Shown: piece by piece, positions 1-12,466 of the stretch
Position numbering within the stretch: position 1 is the first letter of the stretch
How the letters are laid out: the number at the start of each line of letters is the position of its first letter
Assembly: GCF_009914755.1 (NCBI RefSeq)
Contig: NC_060933.1
Origin: the human T2T-CHM13v2.0 reference genome, Homo sapiens
Strand: one strand, 5' to 3'
Length of the DNA: 64,000 nucleotides
Program-made: the position numbers and the translations under genes
Notes under the pieces: model-generated
Seen by the model: only the letters and a program-made list of their open reading frames with translations
Told to the model about the DNA's origin: nothing
Databases searched by the model: none

Positions 1-299
1 GTGTAGGTTATTCTTCACAAGGAACAACTTGTAAGCCAAAGTCATTGTTTGGTGCTCCACTGTACCCAGATAATCAACCAAAGAATGGAAAGAAGTGTTT
101 TGATGAATAGGGGCATCACTGCAAATCACTACTGGTCTAAAAAAAGAAGCAGAATGTAAAATGCATGTGAGCACCTCTTTTCTTACTTCTAGTTCTACCT
201 AATTCTTATTAACCTAGCACATCACACTGATTTATAGGATAGGGATGGTGCCACTTGAGTTTAGGTGCATAACAAGCAGTAAACATTTGGTAGATATTT

Positions 300-670
300 C
301 TTGAGGTTTGACTCTGGTTGTTATCTGTTGATTCTCTCAAATTCCTCCTCTTTTAATTTAAAAATTAAAATTTAAATGCAGTCTTTTAATTTGCTATAGT
401 CTTATGTTTTTCCCTTACATTTTCTTACAAGTCTGTTTGTTTTCTGTCATTTCTCAGTTTTTCCATTATCTCATAGTTCTCTCCCTTAAGATTGATGCAT
501 TTTCTGTCTTCTTTTGTTATCCTTTCATCTTTTCGTCTTGTTTCCCTCTTTTTCATTGATTTTATCTCAGTAGTCTTCTAATTTTTTTTCCATTTATTTT
601 CAAAGCATTTGCTTGGCCTGCATCTTCCTCTTCCTCTCTTCAATCTGCCCATTTTCATGCTTTCCTTTAA
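300..670. repeat. T/pyrimidine-rich low-complexity tract (possibly a very old antisense L1 remnant)
   Basis: Strong T/C skew over ~370 bp with no recognisable periodicity. Confidence 0.35.
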
Positions 671-1254
671 ATAGCTCCACCTTTAGCAAAACTTTATCAC
701 AACTGCCACTGGATTCAGAAAAAAAGATTGCAAAATCTTATTCTTGTACCTTCATTAACTGGGAGAGATGCAAAGTATAAATCTGTATTTACAAGCCATG
801 GATCTGATTTAAAAGTATGATTGTCCCATATCTGTGTTATTGTACATATATGAACAATTCACAACTAAAGGACTCAAGCCAGAGCTTTCAAAATAAACTC
901 GTTGGCCTGATTGCCAGTGCCCTATAATCAGAACATTAAAAGGAAAAAAATCACCTGTGATGCTTTTTCCAAACTAGCTTTAACTAAACTCTTTGTCTAG
1001 AAGACGGTTAATCCAAACACTTTTTAAACTTGATTCTTTTAATAAGGATAAGTAATCTTTTGTTTCCTGTTGAATCTTCCTTCTTGAATTAATATTAAGT
1101 ATGGCCTGACTTTTGATGAACTGATATATGCACCTAAGGCTGTTTGGGTTCATAGTCAGTCTTTAATTCCTGAGCTGTGAAATGCTCTTGAGAATGAGTC
1201 AATGGCACACCACTCCAGAGTTTGAAATTTGCAACATGAAAATTATTGCCATGA

Positions 1255-1600
1255 CTTTATTCACTGAATCAACGACACCTTTTTTTTTTTTTTTTTTTTT
1301 ACCAAATAGTATGTACCAAAACCTGTGCTAATTTGGAGGGAATAAAGAGGAATAAGGTAAATATCTCATCATCTACAGAAAGCTGGAGACATGACCAACC
1401 AGTAATTCCAGTATAGTGGGATATGCCAGGGTGGGGTTTTATGTGAGGTGCTAGGAGGTCACAGGAGAGGAGACTTAGTTTGTCCTGGATGGCAAGTGAA
1501 GAGAAGACTGTGGAAAGGCTTGAAGAAAAGTGGGGTTCCAGAGGAAGGAACAGTTAAGGTCAGTCAAAGCAAGAGCAATATCCAAAAAGTGATTCATTTT
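1255..1600 (-). mobile_element. L2 LINE 3' fragment, interrupted by a T21 run
   Basis: tagtatgtaccaaaacctgtgcta...ggaataaagaggaataag resembles the reverse complement of the L2 3' end. Confidence 0.55.
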
Positions 1601-3374
1601 TTACTAGATGCTATGGATAATGAAATTGGGTAAAAACTTGCCTTGAGTGATTGATACTACAGCAGAGTCATTATAATCTCTTACATACTAAATCTTAAGA
1701 GATCTTGAAGGAAATTCAAAGGTCTTGACTTCTGCTGAAAAGCTAATTACCTTTATTTTTTGCTGACCTTTTCATTTCCTTTCTACAAGATGAGCTGTTG
1801 ATTTAAATGCATGCATAAAAGATTCCACTAATTTATAGAAGAATGTAATGTTTAAATACCTATCCTATTGTTTGTTCAAAATATGCCTGTGGTATCTTCT
1901 CTATTTGCATAATGTAAATACTTTTTTTTAACCACTATTGATTCTTTCCTTGTCGGGTAATCAAAGCTTAGATCAACCATTGTAATTCAAATATGAAAAG
2001 CCACATTCAAAAAATTATAATATTTGTCTTTTTTTATGTTCAACAATGAAAGAGAAAAATAAAAGTATTATATAGCCTGCAAAGATCACATCTGGAAGCC
2101 TGGTTTTTCTTTAAATTTGTTAAAAATTTTTTGAAAAATATGTCTTTGATTCTAATTTCCTAATACCTAATATTTCAATATTCTAATAATCTAATAAGGA
2201 AAATCTTTAGAAAGGGAAATTATTATTTTCACCTGGAATCTGCCATAACACAAAGCTAAGGATATAAAAAGTACCCAATAATTACTCATCAAATTATATT
2301 TAATTTTACTTAAAACTAAGTCTACTTAGTGATTTACATTCCTAATGCTGGTAAATAAACACAAAAGATTAACCCAAAGCTGTATAATCTTTAGATCAAG
2401 AATGACAATATTAGACTCTTGATTTTCAAAAAGCGAGCAATACTTCATTTTATCAACTGAATGGAGAAAGAAGTGTGTTTTATGTGCCATAATCACTACT
2501 GTGGCTTATTAATTCCTTTGTAAGAAAAATATAGAGGTTATAAAGAGTTGGAGGTTATATTGATTTTTCATTACTAGCTAAAGGTTTGCATGCCATATAA
2601 AATGCATTCTAAAATCAAGGTGGGAGAAGTCATGTTCCCAAGATCCTTTTTTAGAAATCAGTGGGAAACCAAAAAGTTATATAGTCTAGTTCATAAAGTT
2701 AGGCAGTAGGGTGGTAAAACTGTATTGTTACTCTTTCATAGAGGAAGCTAGAGGTTTATCTTTATACATAACTGATCAAATAATCTTCTATTTCCCATCT
2801 TACATTTCACATTTTATTAAATCAGTCAGATTTTCTTCCTGGTCCCTTTTAAAAGGACAAGAGGATGTCATGCCCACACAGAATTTTCACTCTATGAACA
2901 GCAAGTAGGCAGGTATGTGGGAAACCGGATTTAAGTTCAGATGTTCCCATGGGAAAATGAATAAATTAAAGAGCATACATTTTCAGTTTTTGTAATAAGT
3001 ATAGAATTCTACTGTTTTTTGCTTTCCATCCCCATTCTAACAGAACCTCGATGAAATTCAGGAACCCTTTGCGTCCCGAAATTCCCAACTAAATGAATCT
3101 TTTTTAAAGATTCAGGTGATTTTCACGTAGAGCCAACGCTGAGAGACATTGAGAAAGCAAATGCAAATTTACTAGAGTTAATTACTAAATTTTTTAAAGT
3201 ATAGGGGAAAAAATTGCAAAATGACTAGTTAGAAAATACAAGGATGGGTTACAGTCACTTTAAGAAAAAATTGTTTGTGCCGATGAATCTAATTTACAGC
3301 TTCTTCACACATGGTCTCTTTCACAATAAGAAACCAAAATGGGCTATCAAAAACTCTTCTAATTTGGAATCACT

Positions 3375-3545
3375 CAAGTTGTAGTAGGCACTCCTGGCTT
3401 GCATCAGAATCACAAGAGAATTTATTTGAAATGCAGATTACTGAATCAAAATCTGTAACAGAGGGACCCAATAATTTAACAAACATCCACTTTCACTTTC
3501 ACAAAAACCCCCAAAATGATTCTTACTCTAAAGCTTGAGATTCAT
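3375..3545. mobile_element. MER5-type hAT-Charlie DNA transposon fossil
   Basis: gcatcagaatcac...tttgaaatgcagatt...ctgaatcaaaatct...agcttgaga matches remembered MER5 motifs. Confidence 0.6.
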
Positions 3546-4569
3546 TACTCCAGTTAACTCACACACTTTCCCCTTAGAAAATAAAAGGTTTACATTTAAC
3601 TATGTGGCTTGAGCAACCAACGAGAAAACCCTAAAAGACTTATTCAGACCCAACTGGGCAGTCAGCAGTAGTGATCCCAGCATGGAGCTCGCCTTCCTTC
3701 CCCTGCTCAGTGCCTCCTCCATCACACTTTCTCCTTTCTCATCTTTGAAGCTGCTCTGCCACAATAGAATGGGTCTATTTTCATCAAATGCCTACTTCTC
3801 AGAATTTTCCATTACTTCTTCCAGCTAATGAGGATGCATCTGTAAGACATCCAACACAAACTTCCTGTCAGCTACCAAAAACTCCCATTTGTGCCAGAAA
3901 CTTGAGGAAGGTGTATTTTCTTAGATGCCCAATGTACTGTGATTTGTGATATTGCTGCAGTGGTATCTGGTTTTTAAAATTGTGTAGTTATAACCAATTT
4001 CAGAATGCACCACATCTGCAATAATATAAAAGAGAAACTTAGGGCAAACATGGGAGATGCTCATGGCTGATCAGAAGAAAAAAAGGGGGCTAATATACCT
4101 TTTAGAAATTGATGCTTTAAGAAACAAAAAGCAAGCAACAAAGAGAGTTGCATCAGGCTCTATCACTGGACTTATGATTAGAGAGAGCTTGGAAGGGTTG
4201 CCTTTCAGGGAGGTTTACAAACATAAGCCTTCCTGAATGGAACGTTGGGATTAAAGAGCTAAATTCCATCAAGTGCCAATATTATATGTTGATAGATTTA
4301 CAGCTACTCTCAAAAGACAACTTGTGAAAGACATCCTTATTAATTAAAGCTAGCCAAAAGACTCATGAGAATTTAGAAACCGTAAGCATGAGTAATCAAC
4401 CATTATCTGTTACTATAATAGTAATACATTTTTCAGTGTGAAAGGACTTTGTTATTCAGATTTCACATTAGAAATTTAGTCTCAAGCATTTTTTAGATAG
4501 GATGTGAGGAGTAGGTTTAGTTACTATACTCTACTATGGAAAACAAGATGCTAAATTATGGACAGTTAT

Positions 4570-4810
4570 GAATCATTCATTCTTAAGTATTTACTGAACA
4601 CCTATTATGTGCCAGTCGCTGTTCCAAAATCTGGGAATCAAGCAGACAGAAAAGAGACCAAAACCCCCTACCCTAATGAAACCTACATTCCAGAAGGGAA
4701 GGACAGTCAGTAATTTAAAAACAAGTAAAATTGAAAGTATTTGTGACAATGGTAAGTTCTACAAAGAATAATAAAGCAAGGAAGAGGTTTAGAAACTGTC
4801 AAAAGGATGC
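4570..4810 (-). mobile_element. L2 3' fragment
   Basis: tcattcattcttaagtatttactgaacacctattatgtgccag is the canonical L2 3' end in reverse complement. Confidence 0.8.
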
Positions 4811-4879
4811 ATTGCAGGGAATTTTTTTTATATGACAAAATTTAAACAACATCTGTTATTACCAAAAATGATTTTAGAT

Positions 4880-5010
4880 TTTACAGACTCAGTATCATTT
4901 AGCTCAACCCCCTGGTTTTACAGAAGAGAGAACACAACCGTCCGCAATTCATGTTTTGTCAAAGATTTCCAAGTCTGATCACATGAAGGCCAGTGCTCTT
5001 TGCACCATAT
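4880..5010 (-). mobile_element. MIR/MIR3 fragment
   Basis: tcatttagctcaacccc...ttttacagaagagagaac resembles the MIR core. Confidence 0.45.
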
Positions 5011-6061
5011 CCTGTGCCTGTCTTGGGAGTTTAGGAGTTGTCCCTTCAAATCTGTTTTGTCACTACAAACGAGCCCAGGCTTTGACTAAGAATGTTTTCA
5101 CTCTTCCAAAATATTTCTCTCTGTGTATCTCACCAGCAGCGTGTTTATAGGGTAGCAGGTTGACTTCATGCACTTGAAGATAGATGGCTGCTAACACCAT
5201 GCTGTGAGTGGTGACGTAATTTCACATGATTCCAAATGGGGTTTCGGAGCTACTCTTCCAAGACAGAGATCTATATAGACGATCAACAGATGACCATAAA
5301 TATAGTTTGCTATAATTTATTTTTAAACTATCTATGTGTTTTTAAAAGAAACTCCAAATCTGTCACTTTCTTTTCCCTAAACCTCAGTGGCATAAAACCA
5401 GAGATCATTTTTTCACTAGGGCAAGGATCAGAGAGACCTTGAAGGAAGAGGAGCAAGAAATTACCCAACTTGAGTGAAACTGTAAGCTACATAAAGGGAC
5501 TGAGGGGTTCTTAGAGTCCAAGTGTTGAAACACTTTTAAAGTGCAGTTATTACTAGAAGTAACTGTGAAAATACTACTCTCCTAGCGCAGCTGCTCCCTG
5601 CATATTTGCTTTACTGAAAAAAGAAAAATGTTTATTCTGGTTAGTACTGCAAGCCTCAGGCATCAACGTCTCAAGTGTCTCCTAATCTCTCCTCGCACAG
5701 CCGTCCGTCTGGCGGTGGGAAAAGCAGCAGCTCTGGATGTTTGAATCCAGGATTTAGTGTGCCAGGCCAAAGTCTTGTTACCCTTTCCACTTGTAAGCTG
5801 TGAACAAATGAGAGAAAGACAGAGACAGACTGTGGATATACCTAAACTAGTTTTTACACTCTAACTGTGAGCCTAATTGGGTTTTCAATACCATTTAGGC
5901 ACAACCTGAAAATTATTTCTTCTGAATGTAACATCTTCTTTTGTAATATTACTGAAATTATTTTCTTCTTCTTTTGTAATGTTGCACTAGCTTTTATTGA
6001 AGAGCTACTAGGTGCTATTCTATGTCCTATGCTTTAGATTTTGTTGCACAGACAAGAAGAC

Positions 6062-6255
6062 TGACCAACATTTGTTGTGTGCCTACTCTATCCCAGGCAC
6101 TGGATAGGCAATCCCGTGAAGTGGATATTGCTATTAATGCCATGTTTTCCATGAGGAAATGAGACTAAGGTAGGTTAAATAACATTCCTAAGCTTGTGTA
6201 CTCACTCAGTGAGTGTTGGAGCTAAGATTTCAGACCAGCAGGATTCAAATTCTTG
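6062..6255 (-). mobile_element. MIR SINE
   Basis: ttttccatgaggaaatgagactaaggtaggttaaataacattcctaag matches the MIR core in reverse complement. Confidence 0.75.
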
Positions 6256-6764
6256 AAACTTCTTTCAAAAAATGGTTGATTGAACTCTCTTTATTTGACA
6301 ACCATTTTAAGGAGAAGTGCTCTATTCGTTATCTATGAAGATGGTTAAAGAGTAGAGGAAATATTATTGCAAGGACCAAATATTTCATAATTAAGAAAAA
6401 TTTATCCTGCTATTACAGAATTTCCAAGCATGGACTTTTAGATGATAATATCTAATTTTCTTGATACAGGGGAGAGATATTAAAACCCAAGGACTTCTAA
6501 AGTTTGATTTGTTATAGAAAAATTAGGGAAGAAAGGAAAGAAGGATAGTCTGTCATGGAAGCAAGACTGAACAGAAGAATGAAGAAGATAAATAAGAAAT
6601 TTATAATCTAAGAATAGTTAATGCAAAGCTAGAAAAAAAAAAGTAACACTGAGAACAGATTTAATAATTTAGTTCTTAACCATAAAAGAACTCTCCATAG
6701 TTTCTGCTCCTTGTAGGATCACTGCATATTTCTCCAATATTTCAATCTTTGAAAATTGAGGCTT

Positions 6765-6995
6765 TCTTTGCCTCAACTTCTCATCTTTAAAATGGGCATA
6801 ATAATAGTACTTGGCTCAATGACTTTTGAGAATTAAAATAGTAAAATATACTATTAATAAATAGTAAATTTATGTTTATTTTAAAATATAAATAGTATGT
6901 TTGAAAGAGCTAATATAAAGTACCTTAAAAGTGCTTTAAACAGTGACTAGTACATAACAAGCACACAATGAATGTTGGATATTGTCATTTTTATT
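6765..6995 (+). mobile_element. MIR SINE
   Basis: gcctcaacttctcatctttaaaatgggcataataatagtac...aaagtgctttaaacagtgactagtacataacaagcac. Confidence 0.8.
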
Positions 6996-7097
6996 ATTAC
7001 ATATCTTTGTATAAAAGCATGATACCTAGGGAAATGAAAACTAGCTCCCTGGTTTCTGTCCTAAATTATAGATTTTTAAAATTAAATTGGTATATTA

Positions 7098-7210
7098 GGG
7101 TGATGGGTGCACCAAAATCTCAGAAATCACCGCTGAAGGACTTACTCATGTAACCAAACACCACATGTTCCCTAAAAAACCTATTAAAATAAATACATTG
7201 AAAATAATAA
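7098..7210 (+). mobile_element. L1PB-type LINE-1 extreme 3' end (5'-truncated)
   Basis: gggtgatgggtgcaccaaaatctcagaaatcacc...cttactcatgtaaccaaacaccac followed by an A-rich tail. Confidence 0.8.
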
Positions 7211-7996
7211 ATTTGCATATTAATTTAGCAACACTCCACAGCTATGTCAAAAAAAAGTGCATCAGACTGATGGTGTGCCCACTCAAGATTCTGTGGTATA
7301 AATACCTGTCTCTCATCCCAAATGTATAAGCACTTCATGTTTCTTCTGAAAATTGATCCTCCCTTTCTGTTTCTACAAATCTCTGAGATAAATCTAAATT
7401 CCACTCCAAGTGGGATGAAAGGTCACATAAGCAAAATATTTTCCAAGTGGAAGTAAAATTGTATTCCCTCTTAGATTTTGGTGGTTGAGGAAGAAAACAT
7501 GATTCTATTCATTTCTTTTGGTCGTTGACTGAAAATTCTCCACCTTTAGGTTTAGCAAAGTCAAATCTATCATAGTTGGTGTACCCTGAATTTGAAGCCA
7601 AATACATCCCCAAGATTAAAGTGAAGCCAGTATCTGTAAAGGTGACACTGGTCATGTTATGGATGCTGCTGTGAAAACTTCGCATTGCTTTCTGCAAGTA
7701 GAACTGGCCATATGGCCACCGGGAGAGAAAATTTGGTCTTTCTTGTCAGGTAGATCCAGAGACGATGGACCAAGTAGAGGAAAAATTGTCACGCTGACAT
7801 TTATGCTGATAACCAAAAGGAACTGATCTGCAAATCAGGCAAACACCTACGGCTTGTGGTTTGTAATTATTCATTTTCCTTTATATCATTCCTCCTGGTA
7901 GGTATGAATTAAGAACATTGATCCTTCCACGCTGTCCTCAAGGTGGCGTTGTTTCTAATGTAGGCTAATTGTTTATTTCCCAATGACTAATTGAGA

Positions 7997-8211
7997 TTTT
8001 TTATTATTATTATATTATACTTTAAGTTCTAGGGTACATGTGCACAACGTGCAGGTTTGTTACATATGTACACATGTGCCACGTTGGTGTGCTGCACCCA
8101 TTAACTCGTCATTTACATTAGGTGTATCTCCTAATGCTATCCTTCCCCCTACCCCCTACCCCACGACAGGCCCCGGTGTGTGATGCTCCTCATCCTGTGT
8201 CCAAGTGTTCT
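7997..8211 (-). mobile_element. L1PA (approx. PA4-PA7) 3' UTR end, ~215 bp, 5'-truncated
   Basis: tatactttaagttctagggtacatgtgcacaacgtgcaggtttgttacatatg...ccccacgacaggccccggtgtgtgatg is the canonical primate L1 3' end in reverse complement. Confidence 0.95.
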
Positions 8212-9889
8212 TAATTTTTTTTCCTTTTTATTATTTTCATTTGTTAAACGTTATTCTTATCCCAGAAATGATTTATAACTCTTCCTTTTTCCTTGTTTCA
8301 TAAGGCACTAGATTATTATATTGTTAATGATACTATCCTGCAATATAGTACTCCCCCAATGATGCTATTTATGTCATGAAAAAGCCTTCAATACCTGAGA
8401 ACATTTTGCTAAGGAGTCAGTTTACTTTTAAATAGTTATCAGTCAGCATGAGTGAGCTCACATCTTTGTAAACATGTAAACTGATGGCCTAAACACTGGG
8501 ATTTCACTGATTATTGTATCAAAGCGACAATGATTGATCAAAGTCAAGTTTTCTGCTTTTTAAAACGCAGCCATTAACCCAAAGCTGCCTACCAACAATG
8601 GGTGCAAGATGCCACCTTCAGACTAGGTCCATGTGCACAGCCAAATCAAAAGTGGCCCCAAAGTTTTCAGTTTTCTATGTATTATGCCCAAGATAAACTG
8701 AAGATCTGGAAATACTGAGAAGCTGAATTTCCCCTCCTGAATGAATGGCATTCCCATTTCAGAAATACCAAGCTTGGGGTTTTATGCCATTTTATCCCTC
8801 TGTGAAATGCAGTTCTATTACGAGATCCGTTTAGAGAGCTCAGACATCTTAGGTTCAGACATCTAAACTTAGGATATGTATAACCACTGCATAATTGCCT
8901 TCTTTAAATAGAATGACAATCAAGTTTTATTGTTATTTGGCTCCTTTAATATACAAGAGAAAAAAATAAGCCCTACATTTTTTAATGATATCTTCTTTTG
9001 AAAGAAAAATAAGTACAAATGAACTCAGAATAGCTTTTCTCTTTCCACACTCCCCTAGTAAATTTTGAGTGTAAACATACTAAACTTTACATGAGACTTT
9101 TTTTTATAAAGACTGCTGTCTTCTTGCAGATGGGGTGCAGTTTATCTGGAGGGGTGATGAATTCCTAGTCTTGAAATGCACAGTGTCAAAATCATTGCCA
9201 TTTAAAGTTACATCTTGAAAATTTTTCATCAGAATTAATGCTACGTGATGTCTCAAGCCCTTGAAAAACCTTCAGTGTTTCTTTTTATCTAAGCTGACAC
9301 ACTGTCACTGTGAATAAAAATAAAAGAACATATAATGCTGTGGAATCATTTGCAATCAGAAATTTTGTTTCAAGCTTACCTATCCTTGATCAGCTATGAT
9401 CTGTAGAGTCAATATTAATTTCTAAAAATTAAACGAATAGTATTTATATAATTATTTCCTATGCTATTCTATACATAAGGGAAGTGACTAACAATTCTGT
9501 TTCAACAGTCACATCACATAGATGTGTATATCTTTGAAGATCATTCAAATCTAACACATTCTCCAGCTCTCCCCACTTTTTCTCAGTGATCAGTTCTGAT
9601 ATCCAGCTCCAAAGCACCACTCTAAGTTTCCCTTCCCACTCTCCTTCACTCCTCCTGATCTTTATTCCTCAAAAGCCTATTTTAGTCTTATTACTACTAC
9701 TAATCAGAGTGAAGAATCCAGTGCTATACTCTACATTGCTGCTTTCCTTATTGGTTCAGCTATACATCATACTCTTTAGGAGTAAAATTCTTGTCTTCAA
9801 CATATCCAACAAATCCTTCAGAGCATTAATATTGAGCTTTATGTTCAGGAGACCCTTAGTAAGTGTGGACAGTGTGGTAGCATATTCCA

Positions 9890-10425
9890 TGAGCTAAAAA
9901 TGGCAGCTGGTGTGATGAATTCCATATATGTGTGTATACATATATTAAATATACGTATTATATATAACTTATACATATATGTTTATACATATATGTGTGT
10001 TACATATGTTTATATACATATACATTTTTTCTATATACACACGTGTATGTGTATGTGTGTATATATATATACATAGATACGTATATATATACACATATAT
10101 ATGTGTATATATATACACATATATATACACATATATATGTGTGTGTGTGTATATATATATGTTAGTTTTTGTTGGGCTCATTTTGAATAAGTGACCTTCA
10201 TTTTAAAATCAGGAAACTTTGCAAAAATTCAGATTTTCAGTTTCTCTTTTAAAAAGTTAGGAGATTGGGGCCCCCACTCCCATAAGGCAGCACATCTGGA
10301 GCTGAGAAGTGGCTTCCATCTTGAGATAGGCATCATTTTCTCTGTATTTCCATTTCCCACTGAACTTGCTTTACTCATTACACCACCTGCTTGGACTCTG
10401 TAGGCACTTGTGTTTGCTACCTCTG
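9890..10425 (+). mobile_element. MER102-type hAT DNA transposon fossil, probably interrupted by the TA/TG microsatellite
   Basis: aaaattcagattttcagtttctct...atctggagctgagaagtggct...ctctgtaggcacttgtgtttgctacctctg matches remembered MER102; the 5' piece before the microsatellite is weaker. Confidence 0.6.
9924..10160. repeat. Complex (TA)n/(TATG)n/(CATA)n microsatellite
   Basis: Directly visible alternating purine-pyrimidine tract; source of the YI/HT-rich spurious ORFs. Confidence 0.95.
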
Positions 10426-12425
10426 CTCCACACAAACATTGTTCAAAGACTTTCTAATTCGTTTTATAGAATTATCTCACAAACGTAACTTCCCCATGAG
10501 GAAAATGATAGATGTTTCCCCTGAGAGGATCCCGTCAGTGTCAAAATGTTTTTCCTGGGGCTTTCCTCATATTTATGCAAAATTTTGCAGGACTTTATAG
10601 TTCCACAGGAGCCTCATTCAGCTGCTCCCATTCTGGGAATATGATGAGATCTACATTTTTGAAATGTTCTGTAAAATGTCCTGAAAAATTACTCACAGTG
10701 GCAGTGACAGCAACATCCCCAACCTGGAGAAGTACTAATGATGATAAAATAGAAGCAGAGTCCCTTTGACATGTATGCTTTTCATCACAATGTGGTTCTC
10801 CAAGAGTTAACCAGGTCTAATGTGTATTATTTTGTTGTCTTTTAAAAATCTACTCCCCAACACACACTTTTTTGAAAAATTAGTTTAATCTGGTTGGGCC
10901 TGGTCAAGCTTATTTAAATTGATTGCAGGGCTGAGCATCAGTCCAGAGAGACAATGCTGTCAGTTCTCACACGTTTGGCTTTGCCATTATATCCATCAGC
11001 TATAGTAGTTATGATTCCTTAATTAGGAGGAGCCTAGATAAATGTCTAATTCCTTTTTACTAAATATATTCGTGCTGAAATTTCAGACTTTTAAGAATAT
11101 TGAACTTGTTCTCTTACTGAAAAGTTAAAAAGTTAATGACATTCTTGAAAAAAACTTGTGCATTAGGGGTTGGTAAAGGGGACATTAAAGAAGGACGCTG
11201 TACTGTTGACTTGTTTCTTTAATCTTGAATTGGGGAGAAAATCTCTCCAAATAGTGGATGGCCACTGTGGTATCAGGATAGCCGTTCTATGACGAAATTA
11301 TTTATATCTCTACTTGGTGTTCTTCAGGACTGAGACCACATTTAACTTTTCTGAAGCTGTTCCTTCTTCTATTTCATAATTATCTTTTCCCTATGTTTGC
11401 TATTTTCTTCCTATGGTTAAAATGGCGAGGTTCATATACGGATAAAAATAGACTAAATGCCTTTTAGCACTCCCTTAAGGAGCTAAGAGGGTTCTGAGAA
11501 AGAAGTTTCTCTCAGATACGGAATGGTGAATGGAGGTTGGTAGTTAAAGGGCACTAGTTAACTATGATTGATAATGGCCTGATATTATTTCTTTGATCTT
11601 ATTTCCCTTCCCCTTTTTAATCCACATGAATAGTAATGAACACAGCTGAGTGAATGAACACAAAAGCAGATAAGCCACTGTGTGCATTTTATACCCTCCA
11701 ATCTAATGAGTGCGTTGTCTTTAGCATCATTAATGAGTTTTGCAAAATCTGTAATATTTTCATAGAACATCATTGCAGCTTGTTTAAGGGTCATTTGACC
11801 ATATTTTGCCCCTGGCACCAGAGTGATGGCTTCATTTTTAATGACAGATGCTAATTCTAATTAGCAGTCTGGAAAAAGTCAGACTGAGTTCTGGGTGAGC
11901 CTGCCTGTCCACCCATACACCCTAGATGCTAACTTGAACCCCAGTGCCACCATATATAAATTCTCTCTGCAATGCCTAAGAAAAGATGCTGACGTTGCTG
12001 CTGCACCCCCTATGGTGGATACAGAGGAAGGGAATATTTTGACATAATGATCACAATAATATTTTCATTCTGCAGCTACTGTACCCCAAAGTGGCTATGT
12101 CAGGACATTACTTCGTCTTTTTCTGTTTTCTCAACCACAAAATCAGACTCACAATTGGATTTGGCAGCTGCCAAGCTACCCTAATATAGCAGCAGACAAA
12201 TCCAGGCAAAGAACAGATCTATCACTGTATCTGACTGATCTTTCTGCTTATGCACAGTGACAAATTCTCACCTCTCCATATAGATCAGCGGGCTCTGTAA
12301 CCAGTCAGTCACGCATAAGTTGTGACAGCGCATCACAAGACTGGCAATTTGGAGCCCTGGAGAACAAGGTGAAACATGCAGTTATTTTACATGAAAACTG
12401 CAGTCTTTCCCAGAGCACCATAGGG

Positions 12426-12466
12426 GTGTGTGTGTGTTGTGTGTGTGTATGTGTGTGTCTGTGTGT
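12426..12466. repeat. Interrupted (GT)n microsatellite
   Basis: gtgtgtgtgtgttgtgtgtgtgtatgtgtgtgtctgtgtgt. Confidence 0.9.

Noticed and set aside
7509-7697. 62-aa minus-strand ORF with protein-like composition
   Set aside because: No recognisable homology and no flanking splice signals that keep a frame open
9374-9420. Possible 21-nt minus-strand microexon (ctctacag...gatag|gtaagc)
   Set aside because: Stops in all frames and a poor polypyrimidine tract
9969-10194. ORFs rich in Y/I/H/T/V/C on both strands
   Set aside because: Translation of the TA/TG microsatellite
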